A stretch of 55,899 nt of DNA, filler included, from Dirinaria sp. TL-2023a (Eukaryota): NCBI GenBank assembly GCA_051941275.1. It is 5 parts of 5 records of this genome, joined end to end, with 100 filler letters (N's around TTAATTAATTAA, not from the genome) between each part and the next. Parts side by side here need not be neighbours in the genome. Positions count along the whole stretch, not along the records: positions 22,421 to 33,528 come from JAVEBF010000877.1; positions 33,629 to 44,721 come from JAVEBF010000878.1; 3 more parts are not named here. One strand, given 5' to 3'. The notes below the pieces were generated by a model, which saw only the letters and a program-made list of their open reading frames with translations, made no database searches and was not told the origin of the DNA. Below, in pieces: positions 22,905-36,329 of the stretch; the stretch's first letter is position 1, and every line of letters starts with the position of its first letter. The position numbers and the translations under genes are program-made.

Positions 22905-25900
22905 TTACTTCGAGCCCATCAATGAGCCGACTTTTTCCCTCTCCTCGTTGATTGCACTTTGTAGTCTACGCGTTTGGCGTGTTGCTTCGTCCCTGTAGAA
23001 CGAATATCAGCTTTATAATTCCATATATTAAAGAAAAATACAGAGATGGGGCTTACCTAGCAGACTGCAATTCCATGACCTCGATTTGCGCTTCATTCAT
23101 TTTGCCCACCACCTCATGCATCTCTTTATCTGCCTCTGTGAGCGCCTTCTCCAATTCCTCTACCTTCCTCTCCAAGAACTGCGTCCTGAGCGCCTCATTC
23201 ATGCTCATGCCTGCTCCACTGGTCGTGCGATCCAGTTTCGGACTTCTTTGCGTGAATATTGGACTGACCGGCGGCATACTTGTCCGTGGCGAGTTCAGAG
23301 AAGTTATAATTGTAGGCGTACGCTGTCCATTCTTGGCGCGTTGGAGCTGGCGGTTGTGAGATTCGTTGAGCTCGCGCACCTCCTCTTCATGGCGTGCGAA
23401 GGCTTCTTCAGAGTGTTGTTGCGCGCTCATGAGTTTGTCCTCTAGAGTTTTCAGTCTGCCTTGCATGCTGGTAATTCGGGTGGCTGATGCTTTCTGCTCT
23501 GCTTCGCCACGTCCGATGGCTTCAGCTAAGCGCTGCCTTAGTCCACTGTTCGAACTCAGCTGATTCTTGACTTGGGCGGCAAGGGCTTCGACGCGGTCAG
23601 CGGAGGCTCGTAGCTGATTTGCCAACGCCTCATTCTCGCTTTCGTGGAAATTTTCGGCTTCTTCCAATGACTCGGCTTTGGCTCGGAACGCTTCTACCTG
23701 TTTCTTTGCCTCGTTCCGCTCCGTCTCTGCGTCGCTGATGCTTCGGAGGAGCAAATCCATTTTCTCTTCTGTACCGGCATCGTCAGCTGACGAGGGGACT
23801 CCACCCGAGAGCTCTTTGAGCCGTGTTATCGATGACGCTTGGCTATCTTGAAGGTCTTTATATGCTTTCTGAAGTGAGGCAGATGTCGCCATTCCCGGCC
23901 CGGGATCTTGTAGTACATTTTCATCACGTGAGGTTCGGACAGGTAGCTCCGGAACATCAATGTCATGATCATTCAATAGCATCCGCAATGAGCTTGTCTC
24001 GTACTCTGCTCGATCCAGATCCATCTTGAGCCCAACCAGACCTTTCTCGCATTGCCATTTCTGGGTAAGGGCATCGTCCGCACGTCTTCGGAGCTGCGTG
24101 ATTTCATGCTTCAATCCTCTGACTTCCTTCTCATAGCCGGTACGTCGAGGTGACTGGGCTTGGACAGCATTGTCTCTTTGGATTTCCAAAGCCTTCATCC
24201 GCTTTTCATGCTCCTTGTTCTGGTATCTTTGGCGGTCGAGTAGGTTTCGTAAAGCCTGATGTAAAGCATCGCGCTGCATTTCAATGTCTTGAGCCCGATC
24301 TGCAAGCAATTCCTTGGATTCCCGTTCTTTGCCGGTCATCGAATTCGACCTAGTCAGCGAGCCAGCTCGTGAAAGGCCATTCGTCACATTTCCACGTGCC
24401 AATGAATTTGACCTCGTCAAACCGGCCCTCAGGCCTAGCGTAGTCGGTGAAGGTGCTATGCCCCCTTCTTCGGCGATAGTCTCGAACCGGGAGGATCCTG
24501 ATTGGGTTTCGAGTGGTGGCTTTTTGACAGTCTCATCTTTCAGAGTCCGCAGCTCTTGCTGCATGCGGGCATTATCATATTGAAGCTTTTCAAATTCGGC
24601 AGCAGCAGCTTCAAGACCCTCCACACGAGCACGCAGCTGGGGCACCACTTCGTCTCGAAGATTGTCTCTTTCATTTTGAGACTGAGCAATATCGCTTTTA
24701 AGTGCAGTCAGCAACTCTTCAAAGCTGTTTTTGGTTCTTCGTTCCTCATTCAATCGTCGACGAGAGTCTTCCAGAGCGGTTTCGAGATCTTTGATTCGTG
24801 TGGCAGCACTCGAGGATGCGGCACGCTCCTGGTCAATCTGAAGAATTCAGCACATTGCTTTTATTGCAATGGAAATGTATACTTACATGCTGCATTTGCT
24901 CCCCCATGTGCTGAACATGCATCTCGAGCACCTTGCTACGATTTCTTTCATCTTGCAGCTTCTGGTACAAATCGAGCTTGAATTGGGCCTTTTCTTGCTC
25001 AGAGATCCGCTTCTGCTTCGCTAGATCTTCTGCTTTCGAGTTTCCCAAATCGCTCATCGGATATCTTATCGAGCTCGTGCCGGAATCAGAGAAATAGTCG
25101 CTTGTGCGCCTCATGTCTGGACCTTGAGAAGCTTCGAACTGCAGCCGCTCGATGATATCTTCCAACTCCATCTCGCGTCTGATAGAACCGGCCAACTCCG
25201 AGCTAACCTCCCGTAACTCATCTTGCATGTCGGAAACCTGCACCGACATGTCCGTTGGAGGAGGCATTGGGAAGCCGGTGTCCGCGAAATTGGAAGCTTG
25301 GGAATGCCCGTTTGCTTTTGACACATCAATCGATCTCGGTTTGTTGTAGGCTGCATAGTGATCAGCCGCTGGCGACAGTGGTGAAGGAGCACCTGGTGAA
25401 TGGCTTCTTCCTGAATAGGTGGGTGAATTTTCCGCTATTGGTGACGACGTCTTCCATCCAAAGAACGACGTAAGTTTATTTGGACCTGGGGATCTGGGTG
25501 TTTTCGTGATGATGGAGGGGTCTTGGGGAGCTTGGTCGAAGATAGAATAATTGGTGGCATCTATATGGAGGTTTTTTGGTTTTGAGCTAGGGTGTAAGGT
25601 CATGGTAGCCGCTCTTTGTAACCCGCCGTCGCTCGTAACATTGGGATCCGTCGACTTCTCATAAGTCTCTGGATTGCTCGCTAGCCGCGCATGGCTGGGC
25701 CTAACAGACGGGGAAGTATTTTGATCCAAGTTTTGTAGTGCCTGTCGTTGAGGTTGTTGAAAAGGAGCGAACACGCTGTTCTGGGGGTGAATAGGAGATT
25801 GCCCGCGGGGAAAGCTTCGTAGAAATGACGTTAGCAAAAATGTGAATCGTGACTTAAAACAATGTCTTATACCGGACAGGGTGCCTACTTACCGATCAAG

Positions 25901-26248
25901 GTCTCGAACCACTAGTTCCGGAGATGCGCTCGGAGGAGGTAGCCAGGGTACATTGTGTGAGTCGATTGTGTTCTTCGAAACCTTTGTGTTTTCGTCCGAA
26001 TCTTCCTCCCCTACAGCAACAATGTGTCCTCCAGACGACAACAGCTGCTTTGGGCCTGACCCGGCCGACCCAATCGAGGCAGATGAGGGGACTGGTTTTC
26101 GCTTGACAGGTGAAGACCCGTTGAACTTTGTGTGGGATAAGGAAGGTACGTTGATGGTGGAAGGTTTGGGACGCGCTGGAGCTGTGGAGGTGGAAGTCGA
26201 GGTGGTTGAAGGAAGGACGTTCGGTTTCGAGGGGTTTGCACGGTCCAT
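22905..26248 (-). CDS. Large fungal coiled-coil protein of unknown function (4 exons)
   Basis: ORFs 25889-26248, 24833-25837 and 23053-24753 are separated by GT..AG introns. The N-terminus is Ser/Pro-rich and is followed by long heptad regions (AGSIRREMELED, RDNLRDEVVPQLRARVEGLE, KWQCEKGL). Last exon RDEATRQTRRLQSAINEEREKVGSLMGSK* ends at 22905. Confidence 0.75.
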
Positions 26249-27614
26249 GGCTCTGTGACCCGGGGGTTAGGAACAGGTCCGCTTGGCCATGGTTGATCAT
26301 GCAGGCAAAAGGTTCGATCTTCTCAAGGCTTGTCCTTTTCGCGGCAGGGGGAATCGACAGTAGCGAGAGACTATGAAAAGGGGATTGTAGGGCTATGAGT
26401 CCAGACTCGCAATGATCGCGGGCCGTAGCGATAGAGGTTCATCTGACAATAATGGGGAAATAGATTTGCTCGAAGCGGAAAGGCGGAAGGGACGAGCTGG
26501 TGGCCGACGATGACCGTGCCAGTTGGAAGGGTGGGACGGCGGAGGTTGGTGCAGGGTTTATTTGTTCTCTATCAGGAGGACTACCTTACAGTACTCCGTG
26601 TAGTCCTTCAGTTAGGCTCGTTAGGTGCGGTAGGTAAGATAGGTAGCATCGAGTCATCGACCCTTTAATGCGCCTGGTATGTAAAAAAAAAAGCCGCGCT
26701 TGCCCGCAAAATCGATGAAACATGTTATCGCGTCCAATTAAATTGCTACACGCCCACCGGCTGCAGGAACCCTTCAAATCAGCCATTGAGAAACATTAAA
26801 AAGGGGCAGGGGGTGATCGTCGCACCCACACGCGCTCCAAGCCGTCTGATCTTTCCCTGATCTGCATAACCGAGCTCCTTCTCTCGACTCTGATATTACT
26901 AATTATTATGCTCGACCACTCCATTCTACTAGCAGCATGGAACGAATCTAGGTACCCTATGATTCTCTGCTGCGACGGTACTCCCTGTGATAGTGCACAT
27001 AAAGTAATCTCGTGCTGAGAGCGTCTCTTGGCATATCACGAGAGTCGCGGCTTCCTCGGGGAAACAGCCCGCTAACCCTGGTTGCTAAGAGTAGAGCCTC
27101 ATATCGGATCGGTGTAGTGTCCAATCATCCCAGGGATTCGTACAAGAACTTAATTGTAGTATTAAGGAGATGACGATGGACTTTTTTATAATCGGATCGA
27201 AGAGTCAGCGTCAATCTGACAAACCATGGAAGATATATAAATCCCAGGAAGAACATCGAAAGAGCGATCACGAACATGAATCAATACGCTGACACGTCAC
27301 TCAAGGAGTATGAAGACCCAATCTTGCCAGCGCATGGGTAATTTTGGATGTCAACCCCCTCTTGGAGGTGGAATCTCACGTCTGCATCTGTGTTGTACCA
27401 GTCGTCAAACGTGTTGTCGGTGTGTACTTCTTGGAGCTTCGTTCAACTACCATATGGTGAGCGTCTACTCAAAAATCCATACGTACATAACCCTCTCATG
27501 TTACAATGCTATGTATGTACCCTATATACAGAGGACAAGATGCCATCGGCAGTCGTCAACGCTCTATCGTCCGAGACAGGAGCGGCCAGAGCGAGTTCAA
27601 GCCAAACCTCTCAC

Positions 27615-29162
27615 TTACTCATCAAAACTGTATCGAAGCCATTCCCCTACCGCCCGTAGGCTCTCCCATCTGACTGACTCATCGCGATCCGTCATCAACT
27701 CCATAACTCTCGCTTTGGCGCCCAATTTCTCCAATTGGCCCCTCTTCTCTGGTGCCTCTTTGACCAGCCATCCGACGTCATTACATGCGATAGCCAGTAC
27801 GCTTTTCTCGTCTTCCCATGCCTTGTTTAATATCTGCTGCAGCGCCTTCGGCAATTCGCCCTGGTTGTCGTCCAGGATCTTACGCGCATTTTCCCTCCAG
27901 AAATTGGCGTCACGATGTGGCGGCGTCCATCGCAAGTGGCCATTCTGGACCTCGGCGGCATACTCGTCGAAAGTTGTTTGCGAGCTGGTGTAGTCGGCAA
28001 GAAGATCAGTGAGTGAATTTAGATCCTCAAGAAGATCGGGATCTGTGAGATGGCGGCTTTTGAGGTTCTGTAGAAGGGCGGGCAGGCGAGCGGTCGTTGC
28101 AAGAGGAAGGAGAGCTGAGCGGTTCGAGGATGGAGTCAGAATGTTGAGTAGTGTCGACAGAAGCAGGCGGGTAGTCTTCTCCTTTGGCGAGAGACGGAGG
28201 AGCTGCGTATAGAGAGGAAGTATTTCTTGTTCTCTGTAACGCAACTATTAGCAATTGAAGCCTTAGGCGTCTCACGATCTCCTACCGTTCAAGCCCTTTG
28301 CCGACCAGGGAACCCTCAAAGGATAATTGCCAAATCGTAAGAAGAACATGATAAAGTAGCTGAATCCCAACACCTCCGGCAAGCCCTGCCTCCGTAGCAC
28401 TTCGAATGCTGGTGGCTCCGCTCCACATCGTTGACTCGTTGTCTTTACCTGAACCAACCGCTGTACGGAGTATCTCAATCAAGGGATTGACTGTCTCTTC
28501 TCGTTGGCTCCAGAACAGCTCCCGAGCTTTCTTCGTCCTTAACAAAGCCGAGTACTCCTGCACTGCAATATCCTGCAAGCCACTGTCTTGGCTAGTAGTC
28601 AGGGTGGAAAGGTATTTGTAGAGTTTTGATAAAGCTGTATCTAATTGATCGTTTGACTTTGGAGATTGTGACTGGGCGCTCGATAGTAGGCTTGTAAGGA
28701 CTGAGGATGTGAGGAGGGGTATAGGATCTTCGGGATTATTGGTTTGTGTTAGGAACGGTAGGAAGGGCTTGTATGGATCAGAATGCTCGAGTAGAGCAGT
28801 CATAAGATTAGGCGCATCTACAGCTTCCAGTCAGCGCTGTGATTGGACAGCATCGTAGGCTGCTGACCATTGACCAAATCGCCAGCGAGAACGAGCATGT
28901 ACTGGATCACATCGGCCCGCTTCGCTGCTGATTCCAGCACACTCTTCCCTTGGCTTCCACCCAGTAACAGTGACTTATAAGATTCTGTATCTGAATCTAC
29001 CGTCTGCCTTCTCTGTTCTTTGCGGACTTTATCCACAGCCTTGATCTTCTTGTAGTCATTGTCTGTAATAGTACCTGCGCGAACAGCGCCTTCCCACGGG
29101 ATCGGTCGAGCTCTGATATTGTTCTGAAGAGAATTGAGATATGTGGGGGGATCTAAGGACAT
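27615..29162 (-). CDS. vma13: V-type ATPase V1 subunit H (3 exons)
   Basis: MSLDPPTYLNSLQNNIRARPIPWEGAVRAG, GIQLLYHVLLTIWQLSFE, TTFDEYAAEVQNGHLRWTPPH..FWRENA and LAIACNDVG..LGAKARVMELM. Confidence 0.95.
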
Positions 29163-29690
29163 TTTGCAAGGTTAAGTGAGAAATGATCGAAGCACTGACC
29201 GGGGTTTTTGGAGAGCTCGAGTTGAGAGATAAGGTAGGGCGTATGTAACTTGAAGTAGGTTGTGGGACAGCTGTCTAGAACCTGAAGCTTGGACCCTTGC
29301 CAGAAACGTCACTACTCCATCTACAGCTCGCACGACTCAGCCGCTCAGGTTTAGGGTTGGAACTCATGCCCTATCTTATCTATCTTCAGGAGCATCACGC
29401 TGACTGCATCTGATGAACTGTCTCAATACCTTATCTGAATAATCATAATCGATCTCGAGTCAATGATTAACATCTTCTTCGGATTTAGGCTTTACACAAC
29501 AGTAAGGGAGATTCTTTTCTGATACAACCCTAACCCTGCTCTGATGATGCCCTGGGTGAAAACGACACCATCAGAAAACAAAACCGCTTCTCACGCAAAA
29601 CCCTTAACTTTATGAAAGCATCCATAATAGTCCTTCATCAAATCTTGAGAACACTGGACGACAACGAAACGACGCTCCAACATCCCCAGT

Positions 29691-32600
29691 ATGACGAGCC
29701 TCAAAAGATCTCTAGCATCAGATCCACATGCTTCAAATATTTCGAGTAAAGTTTTCATCAGATCTACCAAGAGCGGCAAAGTTCAGAAGATAGTCAGAGA
29801 GCTCTATCTAAGGCAAGATATACCCTGTTCGTCAAAACTATGCGTAAGCTGTTTGGCGAGCGCGCCGGCAGATGCGAATGGCCACGGTAGATACGATCAT
29901 CTCCTTCGCTTTTTCCGTCTCCCGTAAATCTAATATATCCCTAGTACTTCCTTTCATTTTATCTGAGAAGCCCGCTGGAACTAAAGCCTATCCCACGGGC
30001 CATTATTTGGTTCCAGATACAAATGCATTTCTTAATGGCATGGATCTCTTCGAGCATAAGTCTGCCTTTTACGACGTCATAGTTCTACAGACCGTATTGG
30101 AAGAGTTACGGAACCGTTCGCTACCACTATACAATCGGTTACTGGGTTTAACTAAGACCGAAGATAAGCACTTCTATGTCTTCTTCAACGACTTTAGGCT
30201 TGAGACTCATGTAGTCCGGGGTACGGGTGAAACTATCAATGACCGGAATGACCGAGCAGTGCGGAAAGCGGTCGACTGGTACCAAGACCATCTCCGGCAG
30301 GCCGTCAAGGCTAGCAAGGGTACTAGAATTGCCCCTGCTGTTGTCATGCTGAGTGACGACCGAGAAAATCTCAAGAAAGCAAAAGCGGAGAATATCAGTT
30401 GTTGCTCACTCTCTGACTACGTCTCTGGGCTCGAGGATGCCGACCAGCTCTTGGATATGATTGATGCTTCTCGACAAGGGCAGGAGATCCGAAACAGTGG
30501 TGCTGAAAATATATATCCTGAGTATTTTTCCCTAGCCAAGATGATGACTGGCATCAGAGCGGGAACGCTCCATCAAGGTATCTTTAATGTCTCGCCCTAC
30601 AACTACCTAGAAGGATCTGTGCATGTACCCGCATTCGAAAAATCGCTCTTGGTTCTGGGCCGCGAGAACAGCAACCGAGCTATCTCAGGTGATGTCGTGG
30701 TTGTAGAAGTGCTGCCGAGACCGCAATGGAAGGCTCCATCTACAAAGATAGTAGAGGAGGATACCCTGAATAAGAACGAGAATGCCGAGGTGGAAGAGGG
30801 AGAAGGCGAAGCTGTCGTGACTGAGCAAGAGCGCCGAGCACTACAAGAGCAAGTGAAGAAGACTCATGGAAAGAGTAAAGAGGGACGCCCGCAGCCGACT
30901 GCTCGCGTCGTAGGTGTAATCAAACGCAATTGGCGGCAGTACGTCGGGCATATCGATAGTGCTTCAAGCTCGATGGCGAAATCCGGGCGAAGACAGCAGA
31001 CTGTGTTCCTTCTACCAATGGACAAGCGGATTCCCAAGATTCGGCTGCGGACAAGGCAGGCTGATGAGCTCATGGAAAAGCGAGTGCTGGCTACCATCGA
31101 CGCCTGGGATCAAGACTCTCGTTATCCCGTGGGACATTTTGTGAGATCGCTTGGTGAATTGGAGACCAAAGCAGCGGAGACTGAAGCTTTGCTGCTGGAA
31201 TACGATGTTCAATACCGACCCTTTCCAAAGGCGGTGCTGGATTGCTTGCCAAAGGAGGGTCACGACTGGAAAGTACCCTCAAGCACACAAGATCCAGGCT
31301 GGCGTGGTCGAAAAGACTTGAGAGACTTATTGATCTGTAGCATCGACCCGATAGGTTGTCAAGACATCGACGATGCACTCCATGCTCGACCCTTGGCAAA
31401 TGGCAATTTTGAAGTTGGCGTACATATTGCAGACGTGTCCCATTTCGTCAAGCCGGGCAATGCTATGGACACCGAAGCTAGCGTTCGAGGAACGACCGTC
31501 TACCTGGTCGACAAGCGGATCGATATGCTGCCTATGCTCCTTGGCACTGATCTGTGTTCTCTCAAACCCTACGTGGAACGCTTCGCCTTTTCTACGATCT
31601 GGGAGATAACACCTGACGCTGAGATTGTCAGCTCAACCTTCACCAAATCCGTAATTCGCTCCCGTGAAGCTTTCAGCTACGAGCAAGCCCAGCTCCGCAT
31701 CGACGACAAGTCGCAAAGCGACGACCTTACTTTGGGCATGCGCACACTGCTCTCCCTCTCGCAGAAACTCCGCCAAAAGCGCATGGACGCTGGAGCGTTA
31801 AACCTCGCTTCCCCGGAAGTGAGGGTCCAAACGGAATCCGAAACCTCCGATCCTATCGACGTCAAAACAAAAGAGCTCCTCGCCACCAACTCCCTCGTCG
31901 AGGAATTCATGCTGCTAGCCAACATCAGCGTCGCCTCCAAAATCTACACCTCCTTCCCCCAAACGGCGCTGCTCCGGCGCCACGCCGCTCCCCCCGCCAC
32001 AAACTTCGACGACCTGACAAGCCAACTCTCCACGAAACGCAATCTCAGTCTCGACGTCTCCTCCTCGAAAGCCTTGGCCAACAGCCTCGACACCTGCACG
32101 GACCCGCAAGAGCCCTTCTTCAACACCCTGATCCGCATCCTCGCCACCCGCTGCATGATGTCCGCCGAGTACTTCTGCGCCGGCACCCACTCGTACCCGG
32201 AATTCCGCCACTACGGCCTCGCATCCGAGATCTACACGCATTTCACGTCGCCCATCCGGCGCTACGCCGACCTCGTCGCGCACCGCCAGCTCGCGGCCGC
32301 CATTGGCGCCGAGGAGGAGGATGATCTCGACCCGGCCCTGCGCAGCAAACCCAAACTGGAGGCTGTCTGCAGGAACCTCAACGTGCGCCACCGCAACGCG
32401 CAAATGGCCGGGCGCGCCTCGGTGGAATATTACGTCGGCCAAGCCCTCAAGGGCCGCGTCGTGGACGAAGAAGGGTTCGTGATGAAAGTCTTCGAAAACG
32501 GGTTCGTGGTGTTTGTGCCGCGGTTCGGCATCGAAGGGCTGATCCGGTTGCGGGAGCTGGCGGAAGGAAAGGAGAGGGAGCCGGAGAGCAGTTTCGACGC

Positions 32601-32730
32601 GGAGGACTTTGTGCTTGATATCCGCGGGTGGAGGAAGGTGGAGGTGTTTGGGAAAGTGCGGGTCAGGATCCGTGATGTTAGGGAACAGGGTACGGGGAAG
32701 AGGAAGATTCAGATGGGGTTGTTGAAGTAG
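29691..32730 (+). CDS. dis3: Exosome catalytic subunit Dis3/Rrp44 (PIN + RNB + S1)
   Basis: Exon 1 has KVFIRSTKSGKVQKIVRELYLRQDIPCSS. Intron 29887-29944. PIN motifs VPDTN and ETINDRNDRAVR. RNB motifs SIDPIGCQDIDDALH and HYGLASEIYTHFTSPIRRYAD. Confidence 0.97.
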
Positions 32731-33528
32731 TCGTAATAGCAAAAAGAAGAGCACGGCCCCCCCCAAATGAAAGTGCCGGAGATCTACCTTGTTGCTGAAG
32801 TTGACAAATTCCAAACAAGCACACGAAAATCCTCATTCTCATCTCCCCCCTTCCACCTCCTCACAAAATCCATAACCCCTAAACCAAATCCTGACCTCCT
32901 AACCTCCCAAAACCAATTCAATAAATCATCAGAAGCCGATTATCAATGTAATCAATTACCAACCCCCCCAAAAAAGAAATCAAACCCCACTTAAACACTC
33001 GTAAGGAAATCTAACAATACTTATTCGCGAAAGTGTTTCAAAATGTAGGATCAGGGGGATTATACCACGCTTCCACGCTTCCATACCTATACCTTTCCTT
33101 TTGCTTTCCTTTTTGCTTGCTAGTCTGAGGAGGAGAGAGAAAGACCGCGAAGACCCTCTTCCTTCGCTCTCAAATTCACATAGTAGTAATAAATCTATCT
33201 TCCGTATTCCTTATTCCTAAAATAAGGATAATGACGGAAGAAAGAGAAAGAAGAGGTGAGGCGAGAATATATATATATGTATGTAAGTAAGTAAGATTAC
33301 GGAATTTAAAAAAAAAAAGAGAAGATGCGGGTCGGATGCTTTGATTGATTTGATAAGATGAGATACTTTGGACGTTTGGAGATCGTGATCGTTGGCTTGA
33401 AAGGGCAGATTGGCAGGATTTAACCAAAAAAAAAAGGAAAAAAAGGAAAACAGGGGTCCAATGAGTGGCGGATTTTGTATATACTTTATGCTTTTATCCC
33501 ATTGGATTACTTTAGGTATGTAAGTATG

Positions 33529-33628
33529 NNNNNNNNNNNNNNNNNNNNNNNNNNNNNNNNNNNNNNNNNNNNTTAATTAATTAANNNNNNNNNNNNNNNN
33601 NNNNNNNNNNNNNNNNNNNNNNNNNNNN
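33529..33628. other. Artificial contig linker
   Basis: 44 N + TTAATTAATTAA + 44 N. Confidence 0.98.
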
Positions 33629-33690
33629 ACATAATACCCTTGCTTATGGACCTGCCGAAGAGAGATTGGCAAAAAGTAAGGTGTTTCGGT

Positions 33691-35171
33691 TCACCGCCGC
33701 GCCACCCCTCTCCCAGCCAGACCCCTCGCTTTCATCCTCCTAAACGCGTCCTCCCCACTCGCGCCCAGCGGCCGCGCAAACGCTCCCCCCTGCACCCCAT
33801 TGCTCCTCGGCACGACGTGGAACGTGCGCACCTCATTCTCCATCCTTGCGCGGTTCGGGTTCTTGACGGGGGTTGCCAGCTGGCGCTGCCTCTCGAGGCG
33901 GTCGCGCTCGGCCTGGCTCATCTGCTGCGTGGCCTTGACTCCTCCGGCCTGGGAGTACTTGAGCGGGTCGTAGTCGATGGTGGGGAGGTTGCGCTTGCGG
34001 TAGTCGTCCGAGCGGTTGAGCAGCGGGCGGGTCCATTCGAAGAGCAGCCGCCGGGCCGCGCGTTTGATGCTCGGTTCGGGCTTTTTCGATTTCTCGTAGA
34101 AGAGCACCACTTTGCCGATGCCGGAGCTGACGAGCGCTTCTTTGTCGATGGGCAGGCGGGCGAGCGCCGCGAAGAGTTCTCGCTGGATGTTGAGAGCGGG
34201 CAGGGACCCGTCGGACAGAGGTTCGAGGAAGAACCGGACCGATTCCAGCAGGTTGTTTTCTGGGTCCACGATGGCGGATTCGACGTCGCGGCTGTTGCGG
34301 TTCAGTAACGCGGTGACTTCGGGGAGGAGAAGTAGTTTGTGCCGAGCTGGTTGTGGGGGTACCGAGGATCGGGCACGGACATCGAGTTCGGCGGCCTCGG
34401 CCATGCGAATGCGGAGGGAGTGGATTTCTTCGTCGGCTGCTGCATTGAGATCCTAACAATGTGTGAGGACTGGCTAGACATTGGAAAAGCAGGGGTGAAA
34501 CTCACAATGCCGTCTGCACGGCGCCGACGCCTAGTTGGGTTTTTGATGGCTGCGTCCATCTCACGGTCTAGAGCTCGTCGACGTCCTGTGTATCGTTGAA
34601 GATGATTAGCAATTTGTCTGTATTGAAAGGATTAGAATGAGCACTCACGTTCCTCAGGGGTCAACCCTTCTTCATCCTCCTCAATCCTCTCACGCGTTTT
34701 TGCCTTGTCCTTCCTCCTCTCGCCGCCATCCACATCAGCCTTAGGCTTACGCCTTCTCTTTCCCTCCACCTCTTGGCCTCCACTGAAGTCATCCTCATCA
34801 CTATCATGCCTCTTCCTCTGTTTTTTCACCTTCTCTCTCCTCCCCTCTTTCTTTTTCTTCTTCACCTCTCCATCGACACCATCTCCCGGCGTCCGCTTGT
34901 GCCGGCCAATCTTGTGGACGTTGCCTTCATCGACTGCAATAGCTGGACGATCCTCGATGGCAATATTAGCCGGATCGAAGTCTTCGAACTGCGCTTCATC
35001 GATATCGGAAAGAATGGAGTCATTGTCGCTGTCCGCGTCGACGTCCAGATGAGGGTTACCGATCGGTGCAGATGGGGTGTCGGCATCTTGACGGTCAGGG
35101 TCGTTGGGGTCTGTGGGATCGTGACCTGCTTCAGGGAGGGGTGACTCCGGTGGTGAGGAGATGTCGGACAT
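33691..35171 (-). CDS. iws1: Transcription elongation factor Iws1/Spn1 (3 exons)
   Basis: Acidic/basic N-terminus, then the TFIIS-N-like domain LLESVRFFLEPLSDGSLPALNIQRELF..SSGIGKVVLFY..LLFEWTRPLL. Confidence 0.93.
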
Positions 35172-36329
35172 TTTGATCTTGGACAGGAGATTTGAAAATG
35201 GTGGAAGAAGACGAGACCGTGAGTGTGTGATATCTGATAAAGATGTAGCGATTTCTACTATGCGTATCTGAGCTGCCTATCGAAGTTGCATTGGAAGCAC
35301 GAAAGTTGTCAAGTGAGGTGTGTCTGATCAAAGGAAAGCCAGAACTAGAAAGCCTCGGCGAATATTCGGAAAAGTAGCCTCTAGACGCGCGTTAATTTAT
35401 TAGCGGCAGCTCGCTTGCATTAGCCCCGAGACCCTTGATCTCCAGTATCAATTTGAAGCCTCGGTCATACTCGAAGCAGCACATTTTTCTCCTGCTCCAG
35501 ATCCACCCACTCACTCCGCCCACGCAAACCCTACTCCAATCAACACCCTACAACCTTCCTTCACGCATCTCCCCACCAAAACCATGTACGGACCACGTAC
35601 GTCAACTCCACTACCCAAATCCCCCACAATCCCCAAATCAATCAATCAATCAAACTAACCAAGAACCGCAGCGCAACAAGCGAGCAAAGCGGAAATCAAG
35701 GTGCGCGATCCCTCCCATCCCAAATGTCATCCACTATATATCGCACCTTTCATCCCCAGCGCAAGACGTTCCCCGAAGAAAAGACAAGAGAGGAGAAATA
35801 AATCAGAGCGAACGAAAGCAGATCTGGGATGAAATATATATGCTGACATTGGGGGGTTTCTTTTTGGGACCCCGGTGGGATTAGGAAGCAGAGGAGATTG
35901 CCAGCAGAGAGATCCGGAATATGGCGCTGGGATGTGTGGTGTTGTATTTCTGTCAGTAAATAATTTTTTTTTTTTTTTTTTTTTTTTGGGGGTTTGACGA
36001 AATGAAGCATTTTCGAGATTGAATAGAACGTGTGGACTGATGGCAAATATGTATGTCATCGCAGCGCCTTTCGTGATCGACTACGTGAGCAAACTCGTTT
36101 GAGTGCTCGGGATCCAGGTGGGGAGGTTTGGATGTCATTGCTGTGAATTGAACATGGAGCATAATGGGGCATTGGGGGGATAGGTTTACATGGTCGTTGT
36201 ACATTATTCGGTTACTGCATTCGTCTGTATTGAACTTGCACTGAATGGAGATTGGGGTTTGGAGCAAGGGAGACGCAGTAAAGCGACTCAGTCCGTGTAT
36301 GCATTCTTGCGCGGCTTCCTTCCTGAGTT

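Noticed and set aside
31915..32814. 299-aa antisense ORF over dis3, and similar ones at 33640-34308 and 45022-46392
   Set aside because: Shadow ORFs caused by G/C-ending codons of the real gene on the opposite strand. No independent domain.
35232..35240. ATCTGATAA, matching the SreA/Fep1 iron GATA motif
   Set aside because: A single 9-mer beside iws1, a gene unrelated to iron. Compatible with chance.
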